Below the pieces are notes generated by a model that worked only from the letters and a program-made list of their open reading frames with translations, was not told the origin of the DNA and did no database searches. Position numbers and translations under genes: made by a program. Below, in pieces: positions 39,245 through 49,035 of a DNA stretch of 60,019 nucleotides (positions are counted from its first letter, which is position 1; each line of letters opens with the position of its first letter). Source of the DNA: Bacteroidales bacterium (lineage in GTDB: Bacteria; Bacteroidota; Bacteroidia; Bacteroidales; VadinHA17). The stretch spans positions 1 through 60,019 of the forward strand of contig JAAYUS010000150.1 of the NCBI GenBank assembly GCA_012517605.1, in the 5' to 3' direction.

Positions 39245-39913
39245 CTATTCAGCAAACTGTTTCAGATAGTTTACGGCACCCTGGGGATCAGGTGAATAAA
39301 AATCGGCTCCGATCCTTTCACAATATTCCTTTGTAACAGGAGCGCCTCCGACAAGTATTTTCAGACCTGAATGTTTTTCCCTTATCGCGGCGACAGTTTT
39401 CTTCATGTTTTCCATGGTAGTGGTGAGAAGTGCAGACAGGCCTATAAATGCACCTGGGTTTTCATCAATTGTCTTGAGGAACTTTTCAGAGCTTACGTCA
39501 ACACCCAGATCGATAACTTCCCAGCCGCCTCCTTCTATCATCATGGCAACCAGATTCTTACCAATGTCGTGAAGATCGCCGGCCACGGTGCCTATTATGA
39601 CTTTCCCTTTTCTTTTTGTCTCGCCTGTGCTGAAATACGGCTTAAGATGTTTCATTGCCCCATTCATGGCCTTTGCCGACATCAGCATCTGAGGAACATA
39701 TATCTCTTTTCTCGAGAATTTGTCACCGACGACAGCCATCGCAGGGACAAGAGCCCCGTCAAGAATTTGTTCAGGTTTTATTCCGCTGTCAAGGGCAAGA
39801 CGTGTAAGCTCATCAGCTCCGTCCTGGCCTTTCATGCCCGGAGGATAAGGCGTGTTCCTGTCTATTTTTCCATTTTCAACGCAGTTGGCAATAAGTTTTA
39901 GAATATCATTCAT
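39245..39913 (-). CDS. Corrinoid (cobalamin-binding) protein
   Basis: Cap domain (YVPQMLMSAKAM) plus GDLHDIGKNLV (DxHxxG), GLSALLTTT, VGGAP. Confidence 0.92.
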   Translation of the reverse strand: MNDILKLIANCVENGKIDRNTPYPPGMKGQDGADELTRLALDSGIKPEQILDGALVPAMAVVGDKFSRKEIYVPQMLMSAKAMNGAMKHLKPYFSTGETKRKGKVIIGTVAGDLHDIGKNLVAMMIEGGGWEVIDLGVDVSSEKFLKTIDENPGAFIGLSALLTTTMENMKKTVAAIREKHSGLKILVGGAPVTKEYCERIGADFYSPDPQGAVNYLKQFAE

Positions 39914-40114
39914 TGCTTCTGATATTTAACAACGTTTTTAAGTTTCCCGTCTTAAAAATAACAAAGATTTAAATCCTCTCCTATTAAAATTCTGAAATAA
40001 ATTGATAATGAGAGCTAAAGTTAAAAACCCTTAAAAGTTAAACTTATAAATATCACAAAGCAATATACTTGGTTCAAATTAATTAACTTTAATGGACTAA
40101 AAAATAAACGGAAT

Positions 40115-41641
40115 ATGAAGTACTTGAACCTTCTACTCAGCTTTCTTCTTGTGAACTCTGCGATTGCCCAGACCGGTTCAATCGGCATTTTTGAAAAAAA
40201 CGGCGATATCGGCAATCCAAAAAATGCAGGGTCAGCAGTTTACAACATCAATGATCAGTCTTACACTTTGAAAGGATCAGGTTATAACATCTGGTTTGCA
40301 AGGGATGAGTTTCAGTATCTCTACAAAAAGATAAAGGGAAATTTCATACTTACAGCGAATTTCAGGTTTGAAGGCAAAGGTACGGAAGCGCACCGTAAAA
40401 CCGGATGGATGATTAGAGCATCCGCCGACGAGAATTCCCAGCATATCTCTGCCACACTTCATGGTGATGGCCTTACTGTTATGCAATGGAGGGATTTTAA
40501 AGGAGCAGAAATGAAAGATCCTGAAGATGAGATTTTTGCAAGAGACTCATCTTATGATGTGATCCAGCTCGAAAGGATGGGAAAACTTATATTCATGAGG
40601 GGAGCTCATATGGGTAAACCTCTCGAGATGATCGGATCATATGAAATGGAAAATCTTCCGGATGAGGTTCTGGCCGGATTGTTTGTCTGTTCGCATAATC
40701 CTGATATAACCGAAGAGGTCACTGTATGGAATGTCAGGATCGACAAGCCCGTTGGAGATGATTATAATCAAAGCAGGGACGGCGTTGTAGGATGCCGGCT
40801 TGAAACAATGAATGTGTTTGACGGAAAAAGGAAGGTTATCTGGGAAAAGCAGGGAAGGTTTGAGGCTCCAAACTGGATGCCTGACGGCAGGCAACTTCTG
40901 TTCAACATGGACGGACTGCTATATAAAATACCTGTGACAGGAGGAGAACTGACCCAGCTCAATACGGGTTCGGTAAAAAGGAACAATAACGACCACGGGA
41001 TTTCATTCAATGGGAAACTGCTGGCAATAAGCAGCTCAAAGGAAGGAGTGGGAAGCGGAGGAGGTTCTGCAGTGTGGGTTCTGCCGCTAAAGGGAGGCGA
41101 ACCAAAACTTATTACTCCTGAGACTCCTTCGTATTTCCATGGATGGGCCCCGAACAATAAAGAATTGGTTTATGTCGCACAGAGGGGAGGCAAAAACATT
41201 TATAATATTTACCGGAATTCAATAAAGGGAGGAAAGGAAGTTGCACTCACCGATATCGGACAGGGTGAACATGTCGACGGATGTGAATATTCACCTGACG
41301 GTAAATATATTTACTATAACGGAAGCCATACCGGCAATATGCAGTTGTGGAGGATAAAAGCCGACGGAACAGGAAGAGAGCAGCTCACATTTGATGAATA
41401 CAAAAACTGGTTCCCTCATATTTCTCCCGACGGGAAATGGATTGCCTTTATTTCATTTCCGCCCGATATCGAAAAGAACAGTCATCCATCGTATAAGAGA
41501 GTGATGTTAAGGCTTATGCCAGCAACGGGAGGGGAACCAAAAGTCATAGCATACCTTTACGGCGGACAGGGAACCATCAATGTTCCTTCATGGTCTCCCG
41601 ACAGCAGGCAAATTGCATTTGTAAGCAATTCAGGAAATTGA
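40115..41641 (+). CDS. Secreted TolB-like/PD40 beta-propeller protein with N-terminal lectin-like domain
   Basis: Signal peptide; FEAPNWMPDG, NNDHGIS, SYFHGWAP, DGCEYSPDG, WFPHISPDG, GGQGTINVPSWSPD. Confidence 0.8.
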   Translation: MKYLNLLLSFLLVNSAIAQTGSIGIFEKNGDIGNPKNAGSAVYNINDQSYTLKGSGYNIWFARDEFQYLYKKIKGNFILTANFRFEGKGTEAHRKTGWMIRASADENSQHISATLHGDGLTVMQWRDFKGAEMKDPEDEIFARDSSYDVIQLERMGKLIFMRGAHMGKPLEMIGSYEMENLPDEVLAGLFVCSHNPDITEEVTVWNVRIDKPVGDDYNQSRDGVVGCRLETMNVFDGKRKVIWEKQGRFEAPNWMPDGRQLLFNMDGLLYKIPVTGGELTQLNTGSVKRNNNDHGISFNGKLLAISSSKEGVGSGGGSAVWVLPLKGGEPKLITPETPSYFHGWAPNNKELVYVAQRGGKNIYNIYRNSIKGGKEVALTDIGQGEHVDGCEYSPDGKYIYYNGSHTGNMQLWRIKADGTGREQLTFDEYKNWFPHISPDGKWIAFISFPPDIEKNSHPSYKRVMLRLMPATGGEPKVIAYLYGGQGTINVPSWSPDSRQIAFVSNSGN

Positions 41642-41725
41642 ACAACATTCCCATAATGATCACAGTTTTAAATTTCATATTTAAAAATAACATACATTGC
41701 CGGACTTAAACAGTTTTTTCATTGC

Positions 41726-42475
41726 ATGGGATCCGGTATAAATAAAATCCTGTCTGTCCCGGTTTTTGCATTCCTGTACTGTTACACCGCCGCGGGCGTA
41801 TTGATTGTAGTTGTCCTGTCGTGGTTCAAGGCAAAAAAGAGTGTCCGCTTCCTTTGCAAAGTATGGGCGAAATCCGTTTTTCTTATAATGGGTAAGAAAC
41901 TGCCCGTCATAGGAAAAGACAATATCGACAAAAATGAGAAATACATACTTGTGGCAAATCATGCCAGCCTTTTTGACATTGTAGCCATTACCTCCTTTTA
42001 TCCGGAAGTATCATGGTTCGGACATGAACGGCTTCTGAAAATACCGGTTTTCGGCAGGTTCCTCAGGCTTACAGATTATGTTCCCTTTAAAGAACCTACG
42101 GTAAGCAATACAAGACACATGCTTGAACAACTGATGGAAAAAGCAAGGGATCAGTCAGTTGCTTTATTTCCTGAAGGAACAAGGACTCTAAACGGTGAGA
42201 TCAATCCGTTCTACAGGGGATTTATTTATCTTTTCAGAACCAGGGAAATAGATATCCTTCCGGTTACATTGAATGGTTTTTATGATCTGAAACCTAAAAA
42301 CCGTTCTTATATTGATTTTGGATCCAGACTCGAGGTCATTGTTCATAAACCCATTTCAAGGGAAGAACTTATGGGTTTAACTGACAGTGAAATAATCAAG
42401 AAGGTCAGAACTGTGATTGAATCAGCTCACAGAGGGATAAAAGAAAAAGAAAATACAAGGGAAAATCATGGATAA
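41726..42475 (+). CDS. 1-acyl-sn-glycerol-3-phosphate (PlsC-like) acyltransferase
   Basis: NHASLFD (HX4D), FPEGTRT. Confidence 0.85.
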   Translation: MGSGINKILSVPVFAFLYCYTAAGVLIVVVLSWFKAKKSVRFLCKVWAKSVFLIMGKKLPVIGKDNIDKNEKYILVANHASLFDIVAITSFYPEVSWFGHERLLKIPVFGRFLRLTDYVPFKEPTVSNTRHMLEQLMEKARDQSVALFPEGTRTLNGEINPFYRGFIYLFRTREIDILPVTLNGFYDLKPKNRSYIDFGSRLEVIVHKPISREELMGLTDSEIIKKVRTVIESAHRGIKEKENTRENHG

Positions 42476-43382
42476 ATGGATCTTCATTGTAAATCCGGTC
42501 GCGGGCAATGGCCATGCAAAGACTCTTATACCGGTAATAAAGGAAAAAATAAAGATTTTCAATATTGACGGAGAGATAGTCCAGACCGAAAGGCCCGGAC
42601 ACGCTGCAGAGATCTCAGAGCTGTACTGCTCAAAAGGGTACCGTTATATTGTGGGTGTCGGAGGAGACGGTACAATTAATGAAATTGCCAGACCATTGAT
42701 TAACAGGGAGGATGTTGTAATTGGCGTTATCCCGGGCGGAACCGGGAATGATTTCGTTCAGATTACCGGCTTTCCTGACAGGTTCAATAACAATGACTGG
42801 AAGATATTCTTTTCGGGGAACATAATTAAGACCGACGCAGGAAAAGTTAATGGCATGATTTTCCTTAATGGGATGGGACTTGGATTTGATGCCCAGGTTG
42901 CATCAGAGAATTATGCCGGATCAGGAGAAGTAAAAAAGGGAGGGAAGCACAAATATCTGTGGCACATTATTAAAACCATTCTGTTCTTCAAAGAAAAAAG
43001 GATGATTGTAAGGGATGGCAAAAGTTTCTCTGAAACAGACTGTTTTATAAATACAATTGCTATCGGGAGAAGGTTCGCTGGAGGATTTCTGCTTACACCC
43101 GAAGCTGTTGCCAACGACGGACTCCTTGATGTATGCTCAATAAAAAGGCTTAACCTCTTGCAGAGATTCAGACTATTTCTGAAAGTACCGGGAGGGAAAC
43201 ATATAAATGATAAGAAAGTAAATTATTATCATACCCAAGGACTGGAAATTGAATTTCCTGTAAAGGTACCTTTCCATGTTGACGGAGAACTGCATTTTTC
43301 AAAAGAATTCAATGTAAGTATTATGCCTTCAGTAATTAATGTTATCTATAACCCTGATGGGAAACACTTTTTCAGAAAATAA
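42468..43382 (+). CDS. Soluble diacylglycerol/lipid kinase (YegS/DgkB family)
   Basis: NPVAG, GGDGTINE, PGGTGNDF, GLGFDA, DGLLD, HVDGE. Confidence 0.9.
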   Translation: MDKWIFIVNPVAGNGHAKTLIPVIKEKIKIFNIDGEIVQTERPGHAAEISELYCSKGYRYIVGVGGDGTINEIARPLINREDVVIGVIPGGTGNDFVQITGFPDRFNNNDWKIFFSGNIIKTDAGKVNGMIFLNGMGLGFDAQVASENYAGSGEVKKGGKHKYLWHIIKTILFFKEKRMIVRDGKSFSETDCFINTIAIGRRFAGGFLLTPEAVANDGLLDVCSIKRLNLLQRFRLFLKVPGGKHINDKKVNYYHTQGLEIEFPVKVPFHVDGELHFSKEFNVSIMPSVINVIYNPDGKHFFRK

Positions 43383-44043
43383 ATACCAGGATAAAAGTTA
43401 CATCGCTTTCTTTGACCTCGACAAAACCCTTGTCAGGGCAAACAGCAGTGTTATACTTCTCCGTGTTGCTTACAGTAAAAATTTGATTTCCGTTAAAGAT
43501 GTTCTGAAAGCGCTGTGGCTTTCCCTTCTTTTCAGGCTTAACCTCAGAGATACGGAGAAAATAATCAGCAATATGGTCAGATGGCTTTCGGGAGTTGATG
43601 AAAACAGCCTCAGGGAGCTCGTATCAGATGCATTTGAAGAGAAAATGAAGAACTTGATACCCGAGTCGGCAAAATCAGAAATAAGATCACATAAGAATAA
43701 AAATGCACATGTGGTTATTCTTTCTTCTGCTTTATGCCCGGTTTGCCGCATCATAGCAGACTACCTCAATATGGATGATATTATCTGTACCGGACTGGAA
43801 TCATCAGGAGGAATATACTCAGGGAAACCGGCAGGCAGATTGTGTTTTGGAAAAGAAAAAAGATCAAGGCTCATAGACTATTGTGAAAAAAATAACAAAC
43901 GAATGGAAGATGCCTGGTTTTACAGCGACTCAACAGATGATCTGCCATCTCTTGAGATAGTCGGTCATCCTGTTTGTGTCAATCCCGACAGGAAATTAAA
44001 GACTAGAGCCGCAGAAAAAAAATGGCCTGTTTACATCTGGTAA
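43357..44043 (+). CDS. HAD-superfamily subfamily IB phosphatase
   Basis: FFDLDKTL, ILSSA, GKEK, YSDSTDDLP, VNPD. Confidence 0.85.
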   Translation: MGNTFSENKYQDKSYIAFFDLDKTLVRANSSVILLRVAYSKNLISVKDVLKALWLSLLFRLNLRDTEKIISNMVRWLSGVDENSLRELVSDAFEEKMKNLIPESAKSEIRSHKNKNAHVVILSSALCPVCRIIADYLNMDDIICTGLESSGGIYSGKPAGRLCFGKEKRSRLIDYCEKNNKRMEDAWFYSDSTDDLPSLEIVGHPVCVNPDRKLKTRAAEKKWPVYIW

Positions 44044-44150
44044 GCAAAATTAATTGACAATTGCCAGGCAATTTCATGAATACCTTTCGGGGAGGTCTTA
44101 TTCACAGAATAAGGATCTGCTGGAATTTTATCCCCTTTCAGCGTAAAACT

Positions 44151-46673
44151 TCAATTCACCTTAAAATCTTTGACTGTAATTTCTCCGCAGGCGACTTCCA
44201 GGAATGGCTTACCGTTTTTCAACCCGACATTCCCGAATCCTGTCTCCGTGGAAATAAAACTCCTGAAATCTCCGGCACGTGAATCGATGAACATGGTCTG
44301 GGTCAGTGCATCATACCTTGCTCCCGTGAGTCCCTGCAACAATGCATAGCTTGAGAGGGCCCTTGCATACCAGTGGCCACATTCGTACTCATCGAAAGGA
44401 TTTCTTATTCTGCCGTCATATCGTTTTCTTGCAGTTCTTACAATATCAAGGCCTTTTTCAGTCTCACCGGCCATAATCAGGTGTGATGCAACCTGATATT
44501 CTATGCCTGTCCATACCTCATTGCTGTAAACAAATGGCAGTGAAAGCATTCCGCCTTTCGGCCAGGTACAGATCAGAAGTCCGCCCTCATTCCCAAGTGC
44601 ATATGATGGCCTCTGCGGATTGGAATGATTTGAAAGGTCTCTTCTGAAGTTATATTTATAAACCGAATTAAGATGACTTTTCACTTTGGATGAATCGACG
44701 ATATCTGTAATTCCGCATACCTCTCCGATCCATACGCCGAGTACTCCGTCGGAAAGGCAACCGGAGCCGTACTGGTATTTAGGGCCTTCCTTCTGAAGCA
44801 GAACCTTTGCCTCATCAGAATAATCCGAACTCCATGACCCTTCTGATGCCTTAACAGGGTCGGGTGAATCAAGTCCCTGCCATTTTATCTTCTGAATAAA
44901 ATATTCACCGTTATACAGATCATTCTCAAGTGCTTTTCTCCCCTTTTCATAAAGTGCCTCATACTCTGAAATATCCTTCCCGAGCTGCTTTCCCATTTCG
45001 GTCATCGCCTTCAGGGCTCCCAGGTAAAAGCTTGTACACATGCCATCAGGGCCCCAGAACTCAATATCGTACGTATTGTGATGAGGTTCCTCAAGAGTTC
45101 CTGTTTTGCGCGGATCCCATGTCTTAATACAATAATTCATGCTTTTTTCTACCTGGGGATATATGTTTTTCAGCCATTCAGTATTGCCGCTGATATGCCA
45201 GTCGCGGTAAACCTTCATTATGCCACCCAGCTGACCATCAGCAGCGGCATAGAATGTAGTCGCGACGGGCCTGATGGGAAGAGCTGACCTGAAAGTCTGA
45301 TGGCCCTCAGCATCCTGGCTTTGGAAGAATTCCGTCTCGCGTAGTGTCCGTTCAAGGGCAGGGAACAGATGCGGAATCGCCTGTGCATAATTCCAGACGT
45401 GCGTGCATGATCCGGCGCAACATCCTCCATTATCGCTGCATCCCTCCCAGTTCCAAAGTTTACCATCGGGCTGTCTGAGAATCGTAGGTGACTTAAGTAT
45501 AGTCAGATTCGCAGCAACAGCTTCAGTTACCTCAGGAGGAAGCGTGTTTGAATAAAAGACTTTGCTGAAAAGTGAAGATTTCCTGTTCAGATCGTCATAA
45601 TTGGCTTTCCAGTAACTGACTACATCCTCTATACTGCCGAACTTTCCCGAATACCAGGGTTTGTAAAAAGGATCCTTGCATGAGCATGAAGGATCGGTGC
45701 AGGTTTTGCTTCCGGTTTTTTCGGGATCCTGTCCGTATTTAAGATTTGTTTCAGGCACATACCATGCCATCATTAATCTGATCACTTTCGTTTCACCAGC
45801 GCCGACTGAGAAGGGAATATAAAGTGAAGTTCCCGGAGATGGCCCTTCAACCGGAGGGGTATTGCGTGTTTCAGACTTAAGTATTGTTTCCCATGTAATT
45901 GTAAGCGGATCCCACCAGCCTCCCCTGAACCAGCAGTGATCGACTATTGTGCCTGGTTCATTTGTAAAAACTGCGAAATCTCCCCTGGTCTCAGGTTTAC
46001 CTTTTATACCATTTTCAGTCAGAATAAAACCGTTTGTCAGAGGCCTTATTACGGCATTTCCGCCGCTGACTGCCATGAAGTTTACAGAGTTGTACGAGAA
46101 TACTGCCTCAATGCCTGCTCTGCCGGTATTTGTGAAGGAATATTCGAAGCCGGCCACAGGAAGGCTCGAGTTATCGGCATCTGCGGGAATAAAGGGGCTC
46201 CATGCTTTTATTTTTACATCCAGGGGAACATCAGGATCGGCTAGATCGATTTCAGCATAAGGGAACCTTGCAAGAAAGCCTGACTTTTCAAACCGGGGTA
46301 GACCGAATGATGTACCGCCGGAACCATTCCCGGTGTTTGGTGATCCGAATTTTTTCCATTCAGGAACCTCTCCTTCCGCAACAAGGGTTCCGTTTTCAAC
46401 TCCCTTTACAGAAATTGCGGCAAACATGCAGGGCTCGTTGAAAACTTCCGGTCGATTGCGGACAGACATATGGGACAATGCTCCCGTTCCTTCGATGCAG
46501 AACATTCCCGCCCCGATTCCTCCAAGAGGATAGGCGATCCTGTTCAGATACTCTCCGGTGTACGGGCCGTTGAATTCATGGCCGCTTTTGGCAGCCGGTT
46601 CTTTTCTTCCATTGCACCCGTTAATGAATACAATAATGATCAAAAGGAATCCGGACAAAAGGAACCTTCTCAT
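44151..46673 (-). CDS. GH116 glycosidase (GBA2/non-lysosomal glucosylceramidase family), lipoprotein
   Basis: Lipobox INGC; PLGGIGAG, WEGC...GSCTHVWNY, HNTYD, EVWTGIEY, ECGHWYAR. Confidence 0.85.
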   Translation of the reverse strand: MRRFLLSGFLLIIIVFINGCNGRKEPAAKSGHEFNGPYTGEYLNRIAYPLGGIGAGMFCIEGTGALSHMSVRNRPEVFNEPCMFAAISVKGVENGTLVAEGEVPEWKKFGSPNTGNGSGGTSFGLPRFEKSGFLARFPYAEIDLADPDVPLDVKIKAWSPFIPADADNSSLPVAGFEYSFTNTGRAGIEAVFSYNSVNFMAVSGGNAVIRPLTNGFILTENGIKGKPETRGDFAVFTNEPGTIVDHCWFRGGWWDPLTITWETILKSETRNTPPVEGPSPGTSLYIPFSVGAGETKVIRLMMAWYVPETNLKYGQDPEKTGSKTCTDPSCSCKDPFYKPWYSGKFGSIEDVVSYWKANYDDLNRKSSLFSKVFYSNTLPPEVTEAVAANLTILKSPTILRQPDGKLWNWEGCSDNGGCCAGSCTHVWNYAQAIPHLFPALERTLRETEFFQSQDAEGHQTFRSALPIRPVATTFYAAADGQLGGIMKVYRDWHISGNTEWLKNIYPQVEKSMNYCIKTWDPRKTGTLEEPHHNTYDIEFWGPDGMCTSFYLGALKAMTEMGKQLGKDISEYEALYEKGRKALENDLYNGEYFIQKIKWQGLDSPDPVKASEGSWSSDYSDEAKVLLQKEGPKYQYGSGCLSDGVLGVWIGEVCGITDIVDSSKVKSHLNSVYKYNFRRDLSNHSNPQRPSYALGNEGGLLICTWPKGGMLSLPFVYSNEVWTGIEYQVASHLIMAGETEKGLDIVRTARKRYDGRIRNPFDEYECGHWYARALSSYALLQGLTGARYDALTQTMFIDSRAGDFRSFISTETGFGNVGLKNGKPFLEVACGEITVKDFKVN

Positions 46674-46710
46674 TTTGATAGTTATTAGGAAAGTTTAAAA
46701 GATTCTTACC

Positions 46711-47607
46711 TCAGGTTTCGATAATAAGTCTCGTCCTGTCGCACAGGTCTTTAAGCCCCTCCGGAGTATCTCCTCCGGGCATTTCAACACTTACCCAGCC
46801 ATTGTAGCCGCAATTATCAAGGGCGGCCATAACGGCAGGCCAGTTAACATCACCCTCCCTCAGCTTTACATTGAATCCGGCCGATCTGCCCTGCGAATCA
46901 GCTATTTTACGACTGTACTCCTTAATATGTATTTTTGCTATCCTTTTGCCAAGTATCCTTATCCACTGTTCCGGCCAGCCGTAAGCAAGAATGTTGCCGC
47001 AATCAAAATATGCACCGACAAAAGGAGAATTAAACTGGTCGATAAAACGGGCTGCTTCGAGCGGACTGAGAAGGAAGTTGTTCCAGACATTTTCTATTGC
47101 AATCTTCACATTCAGCTTTTCAGCGACAGGAACCGCCTTTTTTATTTCTTCTGTGGAACGGTTCCAGCATTCATCATAACCTACTGAATCATTTACCCGA
47201 CCTGGTACGAGAAGAACGGCATCGGCTCCATAGGCCTTTGCATCTTCAAGAGCGACTATAAGAGCTGCAACTCCTTCTTCCCTCACTGCCGGATCGGGGC
47301 TTGACAGAAGCAGGCGCCAGTGTTTCGAATCGCAGACGCTGTGGACTTTAAGGCCCGTTGCTTTACTTGCCCCGATTACCTCGTTTCTGTCGAGATGGCT
47401 GTCGGCTTCAACACCATCATAACCTGCTGCCTTGGCAGCCTGGAATTTCTCGGCGATCGTTTTCCCAACGCCAATGCTTCCCCACATTATACCTATTTTC
47501 AGATTTCTTTTTGCAGGCACCGTGGAAAAATTAAAGCCGGAGAATGGAACCGCTGAAAGAAAAGCTGATGCCATTGCTGTTTTCCTTGTAAATTGTCTTC
47601 TGTTCAT
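46711..47607 (-). CDS. Tat-exported sugar phosphate isomerase/epimerase-family TIM-barrel protein
   Basis: MNRRQF signal; LLVPG, IENVWNNFL, YFDCGN, HIKEY, VEM. Confidence 0.85.
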   Translation of the reverse strand: MNRRQFTRKTAMASAFLSAVPFSGFNFSTVPAKRNLKIGIMWGSIGVGKTIAEKFQAAKAAGYDGVEADSHLDRNEVIGASKATGLKVHSVCDSKHWRLLLSSPDPAVREEGVAALIVALEDAKAYGADAVLLVPGRVNDSVGYDECWNRSTEEIKKAVPVAEKLNVKIAIENVWNNFLLSPLEAARFIDQFNSPFVGAYFDCGNILAYGWPEQWIRILGKRIAKIHIKEYSRKIADSQGRSAGFNVKLREGDVNWPAVMAALDNCGYNGWVSVEMPGGDTPEGLKDLCDRTRLIIET

Positions 47608-47663
47608 ATTCTAAAATTTCATTTTATTTGAAAACAATCCTGATAAAATCATGAGATATTGGA

Positions 47664-49022
47664 TTAGACCCCGATGACTGGAGGAACCTCGGGTATACCC
47701 GGAACAGGACCGAATTCATAGACCTTTGGCCCGAGTGAAAGGTCAGAATTCATAACTTCATCCCATGTCACATCTTTTCCAGTATAGGCTGACATACGTC
47801 CCATAATCGTAATTAGGGTGGAGTTCACCTGGGCTTCTCCGTCGTTGACTGTGTTGCCGGTCCGGATGCCTGTGACCAGGTTGATATGTTCCTGGACATA
47901 GGGATCTGTCACTTTCCAGGTCTCGTCTGTCGATCCTTCCTCAGGATAAGGATATTTCCATATTTCTTCACCCTTAAGGTTATAAAGGGTACCCTTTGCA
48001 TTTGCGAAACCTTTGGTACCGACAATGAACTGCTCTGTAATGTTGCTGCAGCCATTTATCTGCCTTGCTGCACAATGCGTATGCATGCCGTTGTCGTATA
48101 GATATTCAATGCTGAAGAAATCGTACTGGTCGCCGGTAATCCTTCGTTGACGACCGCCCCACCCTATCGCCTTTACAGGTGTTTTGCCCACATACCAGTT
48201 CATGACATCAATTTCATGAATAAACTGTTCCACGATATGGTCGCCTGATGTCCAGCAGAAATTGGCCCAGTTTCGAAGCATGTATTCCATATCGGTCCAG
48301 CCCGGCTGGCGTTTTATCACCCAGAGGGCTCCGCCGTTCCTTGTGATGTGTGCGCTTACAATGTCACCAATCTCGCCGTTTGCAACCCTTCTCCATGTCT
48401 CCATAAAATCCTTCTGAACTCTCCGGATTGTGCCGCTTATCATGCAAAGACCCTTTTCCTGGGCTCTTTTAACTGCCACCATAACCTTACGGGCGCCGAC
48501 AGGGTCGACAGCAATAGGTTTTTCCATGAAGACATGCTTTCCTGCATTTATGGCTGCCTCGACATGTATAGGACGGAAAACCGGAGGAGTGCAAAGAAGC
48601 ACAACATCAACCCCGGAGTCTATTACTTTTTCATAGCTGTCAAACCCGATGAAACATTTTTCCTCAGGTATTTCAACATTTCTCTCGGTTTTAAGCTGTT
48701 TACGGCACTGGTCGAGCTTATCCCTGAAAACATCCCCAAGGGCAGTTATCTGAAGATTCGGGCCGGCATCAAGGAAGTTAACTGCAGCACCTGTTCCCCT
48801 GCCTCCGCATCCTATAAGTCCGGCCTTAAGAGGCTTCCCATCCGGAGCTTTTGTCAGAAGTACCGGAAGTTCAATTTTCTTCTTCGCGGTTCCCCGTGAA
48901 CATGATGAGATTATGCCGGCGGCTCCCATGGTTCCAATGGCAGCCATGGATGTTTTTGCAATGAAACTGCGACGGTCAAGACCTCCTTTGATGTTTCCCT
49001 GATTTTTGTTTTCTTTTTCCAT
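47664..49022 (-). CDS. Tat lipoprotein Gfo/Idh/MocA oxidoreductase
   Basis: DRRSFI...SSC; GCGGRGTGA, TPPVFRP, MEKP, SGDHIVEQFIHEID; ATG at 49022 avoids overlap with the upstream gene. Confidence 0.88.
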   Translation of the reverse strand: MEKENKNQGNIKGGLDRRSFIAKTSMAAIGTMGAAGIISSCSRGTAKKKIELPVLLTKAPDGKPLKAGLIGCGGRGTGAAVNFLDAGPNLQITALGDVFRDKLDQCRKQLKTERNVEIPEEKCFIGFDSYEKVIDSGVDVVLLCTPPVFRPIHVEAAINAGKHVFMEKPIAVDPVGARKVMVAVKRAQEKGLCMISGTIRRVQKDFMETWRRVANGEIGDIVSAHITRNGGALWVIKRQPGWTDMEYMLRNWANFCWTSGDHIVEQFIHEIDVMNWYVGKTPVKAIGWGGRQRRITGDQYDFFSIEYLYDNGMHTHCAARQINGCSNITEQFIVGTKGFANAKGTLYNLKGEEIWKYPYPEEGSTDETWKVTDPYVQEHINLVTGIRTGNTVNDGEAQVNSTLITIMGRMSAYTGKDVTWDEVMNSDLSLGPKVYEFGPVPGIPEVPPVIGV

Positions 49023-49035
49023 ATATGATAATTTA

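Noticed and set aside
39914-40114. Cobalamin or SAM riboswitch upstream of the corrinoid operon
   Set aside because: Only a short AT-rich hairpin (TTTTTAAG/CTTAAAAA) is present; no B12 box or SAM-I core recognised
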